Notes: generated by a model not told the origin, from the letters alone. A DNA stretch of 64,000 nt from Oikopleura dioica (GCA_907165135.1 OU015569.1:10230001-10294000); one strand, 5' to 3'. Shown: positions 23,545 through 37,000, numbered from the stretch's first letter. Program-made: numbers and translations.

Positions 23545-26500
23545 TTAACCACTGAAACGTTCTTCGACCAGCACAAGCGACACCTTGAAAACTTCGCTCG
23601 CGATTTTACCGATTCCCGTAAAGGCTTTCTGGAAAGCCTCCTGGTTTCGTTCTTTGAAAGCACGCTTCATATCGGCTTCCTTTGCCTCAAACTCGTAGTC
23701 GTAATCGACCACGAGTTTCTCTTCTTGTACTTCACAAATGTAGAGGTCATCCTTCCGTCGGCGGAGAATCTTGACAGGATAGACTGATCCGGCACTATAA
23801 TTGTCGATGCATTTCGTCCGGAGAACAACCTTCTTTGGTAGGCTACAGTCGATAGACTCTTAGAATATATTGAAACAGAGCTTATTCAAAAATTTACCTA
23901 GATTCTCTGGAATGGGAAAGAGCCGGCTCGATGCAATGACCAAGCATTTCTCCGTGTCAAGCTCTCTAACCAAGAATCGACCAGGCGGCAAGACTCTTCC
24001 CAAGTATCGTGGTTTATCTCCAGGAACGAAATCAACTCGACCACGTCGCCACCCTGCATCAGGAACTGTCGGGTAACTCTTGTCTTTGATGATCACGTTC
24101 ATGCCCTTTTTGATGTTGTCTTCATGTAAAGGGACATTTTCTGAAGAGTTCATGGCATCCTAAAAATGATGAGACACGAATTGAAGTTATCCTCAAACAT
24201 TCATCATTGCATACCTTTACCAGATTATTGAAATCTATCCAATCTTGTTTGATACACAGAGTGATCACATAATCCCTCTTACCACTGTCGTTGAATCTGA
24301 AAAAATTTTATGTATGTGTTAAGAATTTAGGACCTAAATTTTAGGTCTTACTTCTCTGAGTTAGGGATAGCCATCACTCGAACATTTAGAAACATGCATT
24401 CGTATATCTTCCCGCACTTGAATACTGAGGTCAAGACAATTTTTCTCCCGTTGACTGTGCATGCTAGAAAAAAAGATTATTACCATACGTATGATTGTTA
24501 TTTACTTGAGAGCTGAGTGCTGTCTTGTTCTTTTTGAGCGACAGCAGCATCATCGACGGTAAGGTCAATCTGCAATTCCAAGGGGCTTGGAAGATCGTGA
24601 CAGGTTTCTCGAGAAGGAACCTCTATCAACGGAGCTTCTGGGATCAGCAATGGAAGATCAATGGAATCACATGGAAGGACAACCGAACTCTTGCGTACGG
24701 TCAAGCTATCCATCAAGCCGAACTTAAAATCGCTGCGTACGACAGCTTTCACAGCGAATGCATATTGGTATTCTCGGTCGACCAGTGGACGATACTAGGA
24801 CTTTCTCAAGCGTATAATTTTAAAAGAACTTACTTTGTAGACACGGGAGCATGGATGAAGTTCTGTCATCCCGTAATCGATCAGATGTACACTGACGGTC
24901 TCATCTGAAGATCCAAGTTGGAACCCTTTGATCTGGCCACGGACAGGTCGAGCTTCGAAAACCTTCGAATGGACAACGACAATGTCCCCGATAATTGGCT
25001 CCACAATACTTTCGGTTGGTGAAATCTCGTCGGACATACGGCGAAGTGTTTCAGAGTCTGTTTTCAGATATCCCTCGATGTACGTGTGTTCCTTTACTTC
25101 ATTCTTCGACATTACAACGAGTTCAAACGGGTTGATCATGTTCAAGGGGTCGTCGAGTCTTCTCAAGAGTCAACAATATTTGATATTATATCATAACTTT
25201 ATTAACTTTAAAATATTTGACTCTCTGACCTGCGAGGAATGCTGTTTTTGATCATTCGCAAATGTTCTTCTCTTTTTCCCTCCAAAGTGCTTTCTATGCT
25301 TTCATCAAGGTTCTTTTTCTGAAATTTTAACATCGAAATCCAACAATAGAGAAGAAATCCTTCAAAGATTTGAAGAAAAAATTCTTATTTTACCTTCTTT
25401 TTCGAGCTGATTGATCTCTAGGACCTGCAGCGAATTATTATCTTTTCAAAATCTACTTCAATCTACAAAGCAAAATCCCGATAAACGTACCTCAATCGGT
25501 GCAAAATTGACGATTTTTAGCGGTGATTCCTCAGTGATCACGTGCTCGCCTTCTTTCTCGTCGCTTGAATTTATAGTCTCTTCATGCTGAGGGTATAATC
25601 GCTGTGCTGATTCCAATGAAGTGTTCGTCGGCCAAGAGGAAGCAGATTCATTTTGAACCGGCAGAGGACCGGGCTCAGTAGGGAACTCACACTCCTCCGG
25701 ATCAACAATTTTCGATGGAGTTGGCTGAGCACTACTGGTAGGGTAAATCGCTCCGAAGTAGCCATTCTTCGATGCAAGTTCTCGTTTGTAAGTTAATGTT
25801 ATCTCATCGCCTTCACACAGTTCGGCCACTACTGCATCGTCACAACCAACAATGTACGTCCGTAAAGCAAGAGGAGGGAACTTCAAAAGTGTCTCCGGAA
25901 GTACATAGTATTTGTCTGTTATGCGTGTCAAAAATGAGTGACCAGAAGGTTAATAAAATTAACGATAGATAAAACGCATTCCTATCAAGTCGTCAGTGTT
26001 GCCGAAATCAACGAAGAGTACTTGTGGCGCAGTGCTGTCAATATCGACAACTCGTGAACGAAAGTACTGTTTCTCAAATTTCGAGAGAACTCATTTTGGA
26101 CTCGACAAGTAAGCTTAATTTAGAAAACTTATCAATAATTTCATATTATTTGATGAGCCCGTTCGTAAATCGCCAACTTTCGGAGGACCAGTCGGCTGCT
26201 TCAGCGTGCTAATCGACTTCGACATTGCTTCGTTGATCTCATCGAGTACCTCTTGGTCCTCTTCGCGCAGAAACCAAAAGCCCTTCTGCTCATCTGTTTT
26301 GGATGTTATTTCTCCTCGGAACTCTTTTTCGAAAGTAACTCTCTGCGGTGGAAGTTTATGCCGAAGAATCTCAGAAATCTATGATAGGATTGCGAAAAAT
26401 ATGCATTTATATAAAGACCTAAATAAGTAGGTCTATTTTTAAATCTTCGAATCCCTTAACGAAAGTGGTCGCTCGATAGGCCCGCTTTCCTTCGTTCTCG

Positions 26501-27423
26501 AAGAAAGGAGACTTCCAGTGACGACTTCAATTGGCCAATTCCAGTGCTTAACCTTCTTCACATTTTCCATCTTCATTCGATGATCGGACACTAAAAAAAT
26601 CAAGCTTTGCTTCAAATTTTAGGCTTAAGCTTACAGTGAAGCTTTTCCATTTGATCATCAGTGATCTCATAACACTCAGGCGTAAAGATCACCAACGCAG
26701 GTTTGTTGTTCCAGAATTCTGGCTCGATCTTTCTGAATGGACATTTCGTCGAATTGACCACTTCACTGTATCCATAGTCGACGAAGAAAACGAGATGGCC
26801 ATTGTTTTCTTTCTTCTCAAGATAAATGACTCGGTTCCAGTTCTCAGACTTAGCAAAAAATCCGTATATGTATTCATACAGTTGACAACTTACGTGGAAA
26901 CACAAGACACGTTGAAAAGGAAGAGGGCTCGCAATGTTACTTCCTTCGTTTCGTTCAACGTAATAGTTCAACACCCTCGCGAACATCTCTCTTTGCTCAT
27001 CAAGCTCGTCCGTCGTAAAGCTCCAAAGCCCTTCCGAAACTTCGAGTAGAAAAAGACTCGAGAGATCTTTCATCTCTAGTTTGAGTATTCCATACTCTTC
27101 TCCCGATAACTCCATCTCCTTTCACGCGCTATCAAGGTTTATTTTCCTTGCTCTATTCTCGACCTATTTCTCTCGATAAATGTGAAATAAATGCGTTGCC
27201 TGGCGCTTGGGCAGTGGCGTTCGGCTCGATTTAGAGTCGTCTTGCCTTTGGATATTAAAAACAGAGTTCGGATCGAATTCGGACTTCTTTCGAGAAGACA
27301 CAGGTTCATAATTCTTTGCAAAGACATGATTCTAGCAGGTCGACTCTACTCAGGACTGTTCATAATGAGTGACGCGCTTGATGTAGATCATCTAATTGAG
27401 CAAATTACCCGGAAATTATTCAT
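23545..27423 (-). CDS. Multi-Tudor-domain protein (TDRD-like, ~4 extended Tudor domains)
   Basis: Tudor cores WNRVIYLEKKENNGHLVFFVDYGYSEVV, VLFVDFGNTD...LPETLLKFPPLA, VSVHLIDYGMTEL, WRRGRV...FLVRELDT. Start and stop reconstructed by eye. Confidence 0.8.
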
Positions 27424-28272
27424 CCAATAGCTTCAGGTTTCTGGTGAGACTTTTCGAACTCAACAAACTTGAAAAGAGTTTTCAACTTGTTCAAAAATTT
27501 TATTGATCAACAAGAAGGTTAGAGAGGCGAGATTAATCATTAAAATTTTGTACTCTTCCTTGATTTTTTGCTTGCGATTTTACGAAGAAAACTAAATCAG
27601 CTTGTTTTATTAACGATTTGCTAACTGATTGTTTTCTGTTTTGAAAAATGATTTTGAATTTTCGTCTGTCAGAAACTGCTGCCAAGAGTCGTCTGTATGA
27701 GAGACAAGCTGAACAGAGTTCGCAAAGTGGGAGTTCTGTTTGGCCTCAAACATCAATATCGAACATATTGAGACAATATTCGAGTAAGCAAGAATACAAG
27801 AATTAAGACCATCTTAATTGAATCCTTAATTTGTTATTATGTTTTATTTCATAATCATTTCAACAATTTATAAATCCTTTTCTCTGAAAGCGGAAAATTT
27901 CGGACATCAAGTTTCGAAAATTTGAGATAAATGTCTATGAATATAGATTTATCTGATTACTGTTGCCTGTACGTCGATAAATGATACTGCTCGTCTGTTG
28001 TCGTCGGTATTGATCGTGGTGGGTTGCGCCGTTCTGCCTCTTCCCACCTCTTCATCCCTTCTGCCTCAAACAAGGAAAAGAGACACGCCGGCAGCGAAAA
28101 ACGCGCAGAACACTCTCTCACGCGAAATAACGATCACTTCAACTCCGACAGAGACTTAGAGTCAAATTTTTGACTGGGCAAGTCAGCTAAGAGAAACGCA
28201 GAAACATAGAAGACACCGAAGACAGGCTTATTTCAGAAGTTTGAAGCTTCCCTCGAGTGGGGACAGCCGCAA

Positions 28273-31200
28273 ATGAGTCACTTTGAAAATCCAGATTATG
28301 ATGGCTACGAGGTAAAATTATATTCTAAAAGTACCTAGTGTAAAAATATCCATGAAGGTTTTAAATTTTATTTTTTATCGAAGCTTCAGTGCTTTGAACA
28401 TTATTTTACCAAAAACCTCAAATAAGTAGATTAAATTCAATGTTATAATTTTTAAATTAGATCAAGACATCAAAGGTTGAAATTTAGACGGCGGGACAGT
28501 ACACAGACGGCGAATATGGTGGAGGAACCCATATGGCAGAGTCTTCGGCAGACTGGGGCGGTGGTGCTTATGAGCAACAATATGCCGGCCAAAGGAACGT
28601 TTTCCAGAGTTGACGATGCTCTAAAAGTTAGAGCACATTGGTGCCTTAATCCGATCCAATAGGATCGGCAGTATAAATTTTTAATTTTCGTAGAATTGAG
28701 GAGAGCTGTTTAAATTGCTTGCTCTCCAGGACTAAGACATAATCAATAAAGCTTAGTTATCCGCTCATTAGTACATTATTTCGACTTGTCTCTTCGAGAG
28801 TAGCACTTTTGAATCAAAACCAAATTATTGGAAAATCGTGGAAAAGTCAATTCGACAGAGCTAGCGATGTTGGATCAGGGGCCACAGAAGATGGGGATGA
28901 AGATGCTGATTATATTGTGAAAGATGGCGACGATGGACGATATCCGGAAAAAGCGCAATTGGAAGAAGCTGGTTATAGATACGAGGCCGCACTCAGATCA
29001 TGTGGCCATGGGAAAATGCAGTGGATGGTCAGTGTTACTGTTAATCTTCAGTTGTTGCATTAACATTCTAGATTTTCGCTGCTCTTTCTATCGGCCTGGC
29101 AGCAGAGTCTATCGAGCAATTTGTTATTGGTTTTATTCTGCCCTCAACGCAAAAAGACCTTTGTCTCACAGAAGAACGCTCCGCTTGGCTAGGTAATTTG
29201 CGACTCTCCAAAAATGCTCTTAGTTAGTTAACACGTGAAATAAGGATCGATCGCTTATTTGGGCTTGTGCTTTGGTGCGTTGATTTGGGGAGGAGTGAGT
29301 GACAAGGTTGGAAGAAGACATTGTCTTCTCGTTTGCCTCAGCATATCCGGCTTCTTTTCGATCCTCTCTGCCTTTACGCAAGGATTCGGTAGTTTCCTTT
29401 TCTGTCGCCTTGGCTCCAGCATCGGGTTAGTAGTGATTGAATAAAGTCTAATTATATGTATCGTGTAATTTTCAAATTGAGCCATTTTTCAGAATTGGCG
29501 GCGCCGTCCCTGCTGTATTCTCATACTACGCCGAAGTACTCCCTCGGGAGAAACGCGCCGAACATCTCTCCTGGCTTTGCCTTTCATGGGTATTTGGTGG
29601 AGTTTATGCAGCTGCCATGGCCTGGGAGATCATTCCAAACACTGGTTGGGGTTTTGCTTATGGGTCTGAGTACCAGGTAATCTGAAAAAAGACACATTGC
29701 GTAATTATGATCTGGAAAGAGCGACGATTTTCACGAACTCGAAAGTGAACTCATTTAGTTGCTTGTTCCCTGAGAATTTGACATTGACTGCCATGCTCGC
29801 GGTCACTCTAAGATTATTATGTAACAATTATACACTGGTTTAGTTCCATGCTTGGCGAGTGTTTGTTGTTGTTTGCGCTCTTCCATCTGTTATCTCAGCT
29901 ACTGCTCTTACGTTTTTGCCCGAGTCCCCAAGATGGCTCCTTCGATCAGGGATGGTTGTCAATTTAAATTGCTCGCTTTGGCTCTAAAGAAAGTTGCATA
30001 ACCGTGAAAGGGAATCCACGCGAAGCGCTCGCCACACTTCAGCTGATCCATGATACAAATTACGCGGCCCGCAATGAAAGTGACCATAAGTTGGTGGCTG
30101 ACATGTCTGCAGAGCCGCAGCCCATCGATCCAGGACTGACGGAGATCTCTCGATCAACGGATTCATTCGCACAGCGCATCGGCGTAAGACTCGTCACTGC
30201 AGTTGATGAAATTCTAACGGGAACGAAACTCATCGCAGAAGTAACTCAAATTTATCCTTACTGTGGTATTACATGGTTTTAAGAAATATCGCCAGGAAAC
30301 TATGTATTTGGCCATTTGCTGGTTTTGTCTCTCTTTCGCCGGCTTCGGAGTTCAGACCAGCGTTCCCAACCAGATCCGATCACTGAGAAATCTCAACTAC
30401 GAAACTCATCGCCAGTTCCGGGCAGACCAAGCTTTGAGTAATATCCGCATCAACACCACTGTGGAAAATCAGGTAGCTTTTGCATAAAATAGAGTCGCCG
30501 TGACTCGTAATTAAGGATTTCCGAAATATGTCATTCGTCAGCGTCACATGGCAACCGAATGGTGGTGTCAGTTCCGAACAGAGCTTGAAGATTCGCCATG
30601 TTAAATTCGAAAGATGTACTTTCAAGAGAAACATCTTTATCAACGTCCAAACTCCGAATACTCGATTCGACAGTTGTACCTTTGAAGAGACTGTTTTCGA
30701 GGATACCGATCTGAAGTCCACTGAAGACCCCAAATTTCAGGAATAGTTATTATTTGTTTAGTTGTTCATTCATAATTCAGCTAATTCACTATTTTGATAT
30801 TTGAACTACTTGGATAATAAAATTAAAGACATGTATTTTCGACGAAAAGACAACAGTGAGGGAAAGTCAAGAGGTAATACAGTAGTGCGCGTGTAGAGCT
30901 TGTAGCTATATACCTAATTTAGTGCTCACCTCAAGATGACGATGTAGCGGGGGACGCGGCCTACTGGGAATACATTGTCGCCTTGCTGGGATCAATGGCA
31001 GCATTACCAGGCATCGCGTGAACACATCCATCGCCACACGACAGCCCTAATTGTTCAATAAAATTCGACCTAACTAACCTATTGCCCTCTTAAAAATTTT
31101 TAATTTCCTAATTCGACCCTGAAAAATTTTAAAATCATTTGAGCCATGTTGACGCGAGTAATAAGGCCTGGTAGCATGCGGATTTCTGATGGGCCGCATT

Positions 31201-31643
31201 GGCCGTATCAACATGCTGTGCGGTGGACTCTTCACTGGAATGATATTCGCCCTTTTCTTCCGCTCGCTCAAAGCGCCGAGGCAGCTCTTCTCGCGATTCT
31301 TTGCCTGTTTTCAGGTGAATGACAAAACTCACTGATCATAGAAAGAAATAACGTTTCTAAAGGCTTGCTGGTTCCGTCGTGGTCAGCTGTGCATGTGCTC
31401 ACGGTGGAATCTTTTCCCACAGATAGACGATCGACGGCGCTGGGAATTTTTATCGCTGTGTCACGTGGTGGCGCACTTTTAGGTACCTAATTGGCCAATC
31501 CATTTAGCCAGGAAATTTTAGGCTCATTATACGTTGTGAATATGCCGCTGTGGGCGGGCAGTTTTCTAGCAGCAGCGGCGCTTCTTGCCGGAGGAATCTT
31601 CGCCATTCGTATTCAAGACACCGGAAATCGACCCTTGCTTTAG
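28273..31643 (+). CDS. SV2: Synaptic vesicle glycoprotein 2-like MFS transporter
   Basis: YEAALRSCGHGKMQW, MFS motif GGVSDKVGRRHCL, YYAEVLPREKR, LPESPRWLL, luminal pentapeptide repeats FERCTFKRNIFINVQTPNTRFDSCTFEETVFEDTDL, and TVESFPTDRRSTALG. Confidence 0.9.
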
Positions 31644-32601
31644 AAAAGCTCATCTCACTCTTCAAATATACTGTCAACCTAATATTAGACTATGGCTACT
31701 ACTTCATATTTCAGTTATTCAATTGTTTCCGAACTCGACTTTTCAAAACCATATTTAATCCCTTTTCACTACACTACTTTATCGACTCGTTGCCGAAAGA
31801 TACTTCAATAAACTCATGTCTCAAATATACATAATTACACATATATATTTTTACATATGATATGATCCTCCACTTTTCGCACATTGATCCTTTCCTAATT
31901 CATGCCAAATATTTTCGAAATCGAGTAGTTTCGAAAGAACCGAGAAGCAGGTCAGAAAGTTTTATTTCGTTTGTTCTACCCGAAAAGGCACTTACCAAAA
32001 ATGGAAACCTGAAAATATTGACCATGTAAATAGTACCCGAAGGACAGTCTACTTCGATTCGTCAACTCCCATGAAATCAGGTCTTCTTCAATTTCCTAAA
32101 GAAAAAGTGATAAACAGCTAGAATAACCCAACAAATTACTAAATGAAAAGGAAAATTACGACTGACACCATTTTCTCAATTTTACAAATATTGCGAAAAA
32201 TTACCACGAGGGACCTCGCATGTTGGGAAAAAACCCAACAATATTTTTGGACCATGGGAATTGCATTATTCTGCAATATTTGACGACTTGTGAGTGAACA
32301 TGTGATGAAATCAGTTCAGTCGACTGATGTTCATGCTCCGGGTTCATGCGTTCGGAACAGTTACGAGCTTTCACTCCGTACACGCCTATGATTTCTTAGG
32401 GTAAGCAAAACGCTACGTAAAAAATTTCAATAGGAAATTTCTTCAAAGAGTTCCCTTTTTGCTGATTTCAATCAGCGAAAACTAACTGCACATGATTCCA
32501 TTTTTATCAAGATCGTCCCAAGCGGGATACCGTCCATGGTGCGCCATCTATAATATTTCTCTGGTATAAAGTAGGTTCCAGAAAGTTCCTACCCATCAAA
32601 A

Positions 32602-33210
32602 ATGAAAGCCTATACAAATTTTCCTCCACCAACTTACACTCGTCAGGAGTTGCTTATGATTGAGCCAGTAGGAAGCAGAGTTGAGGAGAAAAGCTTCGTC
32701 GACCTCTTCGAAAACTACATTCTGACATACGTCGTCCTCAGGAAACAGGCTCATCCTGTCTTCGGCATAGTCAACTTTCTTGGCATTGCACCTATAAATG
32801 ATGAGTTTCGTGAGTCTCGACGATACAAAATGGGGACTGTATCTGATGATGGACGAATTCAGCGTGAATTCGATGCGAACGGAGGGTATGCATTGCCAAA
32901 AGATGTGGACCGCCTTGTCCGTGAAATGGATGAAAAAGTCAAACGGGACCTGATCAAGATGCAAAACAGAATCAAAGAGGAGATGTTTGAGGAACTCTTC
33001 GAAGAACCAACGGTGGTCAAGGGATCTGCAAAGCCGAAGAAGCCCTTAACAGACGAAGAGCTAGTCACCCTCTTCGGTGAAGATGAAAAGCTACCAACGA
33101 AGAAGGCCGACAGGAAGAAGAAGAACTCGAAGAAAAGCAACAAGAAGAAACCGAACGCCGGTAAAACTCCAAACGCAATCAGAAAAACCAAGAAGCCCAC
33201 CAAGCTCTAA
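32602..33210 (+). CDS. Intronless orphan protein (202 aa) with lysine-rich C-terminus
   Basis: Long ATG ORF, TATAAA at ~32565, AATAAA at ~33255. No recognised domain. Confidence 0.7.
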   Translation: MKAYTNFPPPTYTRQELLMIEPVGSRVEEKSFVDLFENYILTYVVLRKQAHPVFGIVNFLGIAPINDEFRESRRYKMGTVSDDGRIQREFDANGGYALPKDVDRLVREMDEKVKRDLIKMQNRIKEEMFEELFEEPTVVKGSAKPKKPLTDEELVTLFGEDEKLPTKKADRKKKNSKKSNKKKPNAGKTPNAIRKTKKPTKL

Positions 33211-33539
33211 AGATCTCTGTCAAACCTTTCTCAGCTGTTCACTATCTTTACTGAAATAAATTTGGATAATAAATAAGAGCACACCCTAGTTTTTCGCAGA
33301 CAGAGCCAGAAGTTCTGACGAAATTGCTGCTCATAGTGCAAAATCGCTGTTCTACAAACAAGGTCAGAAACGATGCACACGCAGAGTCCACGCGCCAGCG
33401 CAGTGTTTTACCTATTTACTCTCAAATATTTTCAACTATCCGTGCTCATTATAAAACCAGCACTGATGAGAGGGATCTTCACTAACTCAAAACTACACTC
33501 AACGACAATATTCATTTTTGAAAGAATTAGATTCTCAAA

Positions 33540-33871
33540 ATGTTGAAAGTTTTCTACGACCTCTCCACTAAAGAGCCAAATAAGACGACCCAGCTTCTTT
33601 TCAACACAATCAAAACCTTGCTTGTGTTGTATACTTTCGGAATCGTCGTTTCCGTCTGCAGTGCTGCTAGCTACTTCAAGGGACAAGCGAAAAAAGGTGA
33701 GCTAGTCATTCGATTTACCTTTTTTCCTGATAAAACACAACCCTTACAGTCATTTTAGCAATCATGACCACTCTATTCGATCTGACAACGGAAAAGACCG
33801 AGCTGAAGAGAACTTCGTCGGCAGAATCATTTCGCGTCGAAACGATCAGACGTCGAACTATCTCCACTTAA
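33540..33871 (+). CDS. Small two-exon single-TM protein
   Basis: Exon 1 33540-33697, GT-AG intron to 33758, exon 2 in phase to TAA 33871. Hydrophobic LLVLYTFGIVVSVCSAA; AATAAA follows the stop. Confidence 0.6.
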
Positions 33872-34089
33872 AAAAATAAAACTTCATTACTGTGACTTCC
33901 TATTTGCACAACCCTGACTTTGCTGACCTTTTAAAATAAATCTCCAGCGGTATTAGAAACAGATCAAACACACTGAAGCCAGTGAGTTTCCCCAATGAAT
34001 GTTTTTTGATAAAATTTTGTCTTTTATTGGTGAAGTGGCAATGAACTGAATAACAGGGAATGTGAAAAGTGAAGGAATAAAAAAGTGAA

Positions 34090-37000
34090 CTATTTTCGTT
34101 TGTGAAGGCTCTTCCTTTTCGGGGCCGGGGAATCGGAAGACTTTGGGCTGGAAAGCGCGCGGAATCGCTACAAATCGTAAGAAAATGTTCAGATTTTGGG
34201 TTTTACCTTTTGAGAGACAGCGTAGGGGTCGACATCGTCTCCAGCGCAGTGGATTCGGTTCTCAGTTATTGGTCGAACTGAGAAGTTGTCAATCGGATCC
34301 GAGTCTTCCGGCGGAGGAATGATCCTAAACACTGTTACTGGGTGCATTCAAAAGCTGAATCTTACTCGAGCTTGCCTTCATTGGCCATTTGCAGCATGGC
34401 CGCGAATTTTCGACTTCGTTCCCAGTGCGGAACTCCACGGTAGAGGTCCTTGCAAGTGACGACATCGCTGCTTTCCACTTAAAAATTTTGAAGTGAACGT
34501 AAACTCGTTGAAATATTGACTCACCACAAGAAGTGCTTAGCATTGAGCTAGGGTCGGACCCCTTACTAAGGTTTCCTTAGTTACTAAGGGTAAGGGTTTT
34601 GAAATTGATGAAAATCGAGAAAGGCCTAAGGAAGGACTAAGGGCCTTCCTTACTAAGGCCTTAGTAACCTTAGTAAGGATTTGATTAAGTACGATTTGCA
34701 AAAATGCTCTTATTGACAAAAATAGCGATTATTTATGTCAACGACCCTTTATTTCGAACAATTAGGTATTTTTTTGCTGTCAGTAAGTTGTCAAGAGACA
34801 TTTTTACTAAATTCCTTCACAACTTTTCCTTAATTCCTTTCCTTACTAAGGCTTTTGAAAAGGTTTTTTGACAAAAAGCGTTCTCCAAATGCGTAGGCCG
34901 TCGAAAAAATCCTTTTTAAAATCCTTAGTAAGGAAAGGAATTAAGGAAAAATCGCTAAGGATTGAAGATCCTTACTAAGGATCTCTGAAAACTAAGAAAG
35001 GAACTATGGTAAGGATTTTTTTCCGCAGAAATCCGAAAAAGGGTAAGGAAAAAATCCTTACCTTACTAAGGAAAGGACCCTTAGTAAGCAAAAAATTAAG
35101 GAAGGAAGTCCGACCCTAGGCATTGAGTCCATGTCGGCGATAAGGGTGCGAATGTTGAAGTCGGGCAGTTTCGCTTCTTCCTCTAACTTCGGGGCGATGG
35201 CTCGCTTCCACTGGAGAACATTTGCCTCGATCTCCGTGTCAGGCAGGTGGCCTCTCAAGACTCCGCCTCCTCCAAGGGCCACTTCTTTTAGACGAGTCAT
35301 ATTCAGGTCGCCTTAATTTCACAATTTCAAACTTGCTAACTTTAAAACTGACTAACCAATATAGACATCGCCGTTTGCCGCAGTGGTTTGTAAGTGAGGC
35401 TGCTCCAGCTGAGTCTCATCAGAGTCTCTGTCATCAACTGGCTCTGGAAAGCAAGGCGGTGCTTCTTCAAACTGCTCTGGAGGCTGAATGCCAGTTGATT
35501 CGTGGACGATTTCTTGTGGCGCAAACTGCTCCACTTCGGCTTCGATCTCGGCAACGTCTGTTCCGGCAGCAAAGTTGTTGGTAATCAGCTGCTGCACATG
35601 TTCCGTCGTTCGTCTCTCGTTCTTTGTCTTTCTTCCCTTGGGCAGCGGCTTTATCACGCAGTACTCTCGCATTGTCTTGTTGAACTCTTTCTTCTGCTTG
35701 GCGATTTTGGCGTCGCTTTGCTGTCGAAGAGTTTCAACCTTCTTCGCTTCCAACTTCATTTTCCAGCTGTCGATCACTTTTACGTACTTTTCTGGCTTCA
35801 TCATTGGCCAGTTGAACTCGTACTTTTTCAACGGGCGCTTGTCGATCTGATTGTCGAACTTCCATCGCTCTGTGTTGAAGGAAAGCTTCATCTCTTCATC
35901 GTAGCCGTACATTCTGTGCGAAACCTTCGATCCCATGAATTCGGCGTATCTTTTCGCAAAATCGGGCTTCTCCTCGAACCAATTCCATTTATATTTCCTT
36001 TGATCGTTTGAAAGACGGGCGGTACTTCTCTCTGGAGCAAGAGAAGAATTCAAAGTCGCTTCAGGAGCAATGGTTAAATTTTCAGGGGGTCGGCTTTCGA
36101 CAACCTTCGCCTCCTCTGCCTCTGATCCCTGTTTGCTGACAATTTCTTGCGGCTCAAAATCTCCACCGGCATCGAAATCAGGCTCAAAGTTCTGGAAGCT
36201 TTGTTGATCGAAATTCGCATCTCCATCGTTAGCTCCCTGTCGCTGATCTCTGAGACTCTCGTCCAAGAATGCGTTGTACTCGTGCGCTCCTGGCTCTTGA
36301 TGACGTTCTCCGAATCGCTTTTGCTGATCTCTGCTTTGCGGATAGACGTAGCCATTGTCGGTAAACGGCGCTCGGTAGATCCAGACATCGTTTCGCTGGC
36401 AGATGTAAGCGCCAGTGTCGATGTCGGTTATCTCCTTGCCCCTCGCTGAGCCTACAAGGTCGCCGAAGAAGTGATCGCGCTCAGGGAGGTAGTCCTCTTC
36501 TTTGAGATTGTCCTCGTGATCGAACTCGTCGTCCTTGAGCTAGGTCTAGGATTTGGGGTGACCGTTGGTGATCCAAAATAATTTGCTCAGGATGGATCAC
36601 CAAAAAATGGTGATCGGGTTCTCCGATCACCAGAGCTTGGTGATCGAGGCCAGATGTGAAAATCAGTGCCTGTTATTTCTTCGATCAGCTTAATTGATAG
36701 GCTTATTTTGCCCAATATATAATAATATGACCTTTTGCGTTAAAACTAGCAAATCTGCAAAAATTTTCTGCTAACAATCACCAGCGGATCACCAGGATCG
36801 AGTCTCGATCACCAAGCTCTGGTGATCCGAGAAACCCGATCACCACCTTTTGGTGATTCATCCCGAGCAACTTTTTTCGGATCACCATCGGTCACCCCCA
36901 ATCCTAGACCTAGTCCTTGAGCGTGATTGACTCGTCGTTCTCAAGCAAGTCTTCGCCCATATAATCGTCATCCTCCAAGAACTTTTTGATGAACTCGGAT

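Noticed and set aside
35488-36449. Plus-strand ORFs overlapping NCAPH2
   Set aside because: Antisense shadows of the long coding exon.
34548-36913. Short palindromic repeats resembling CRISPR arrays
   Set aside because: Irregular spacing, enclosed by TIRs and TSDs, eukaryotic context, no cas genes.
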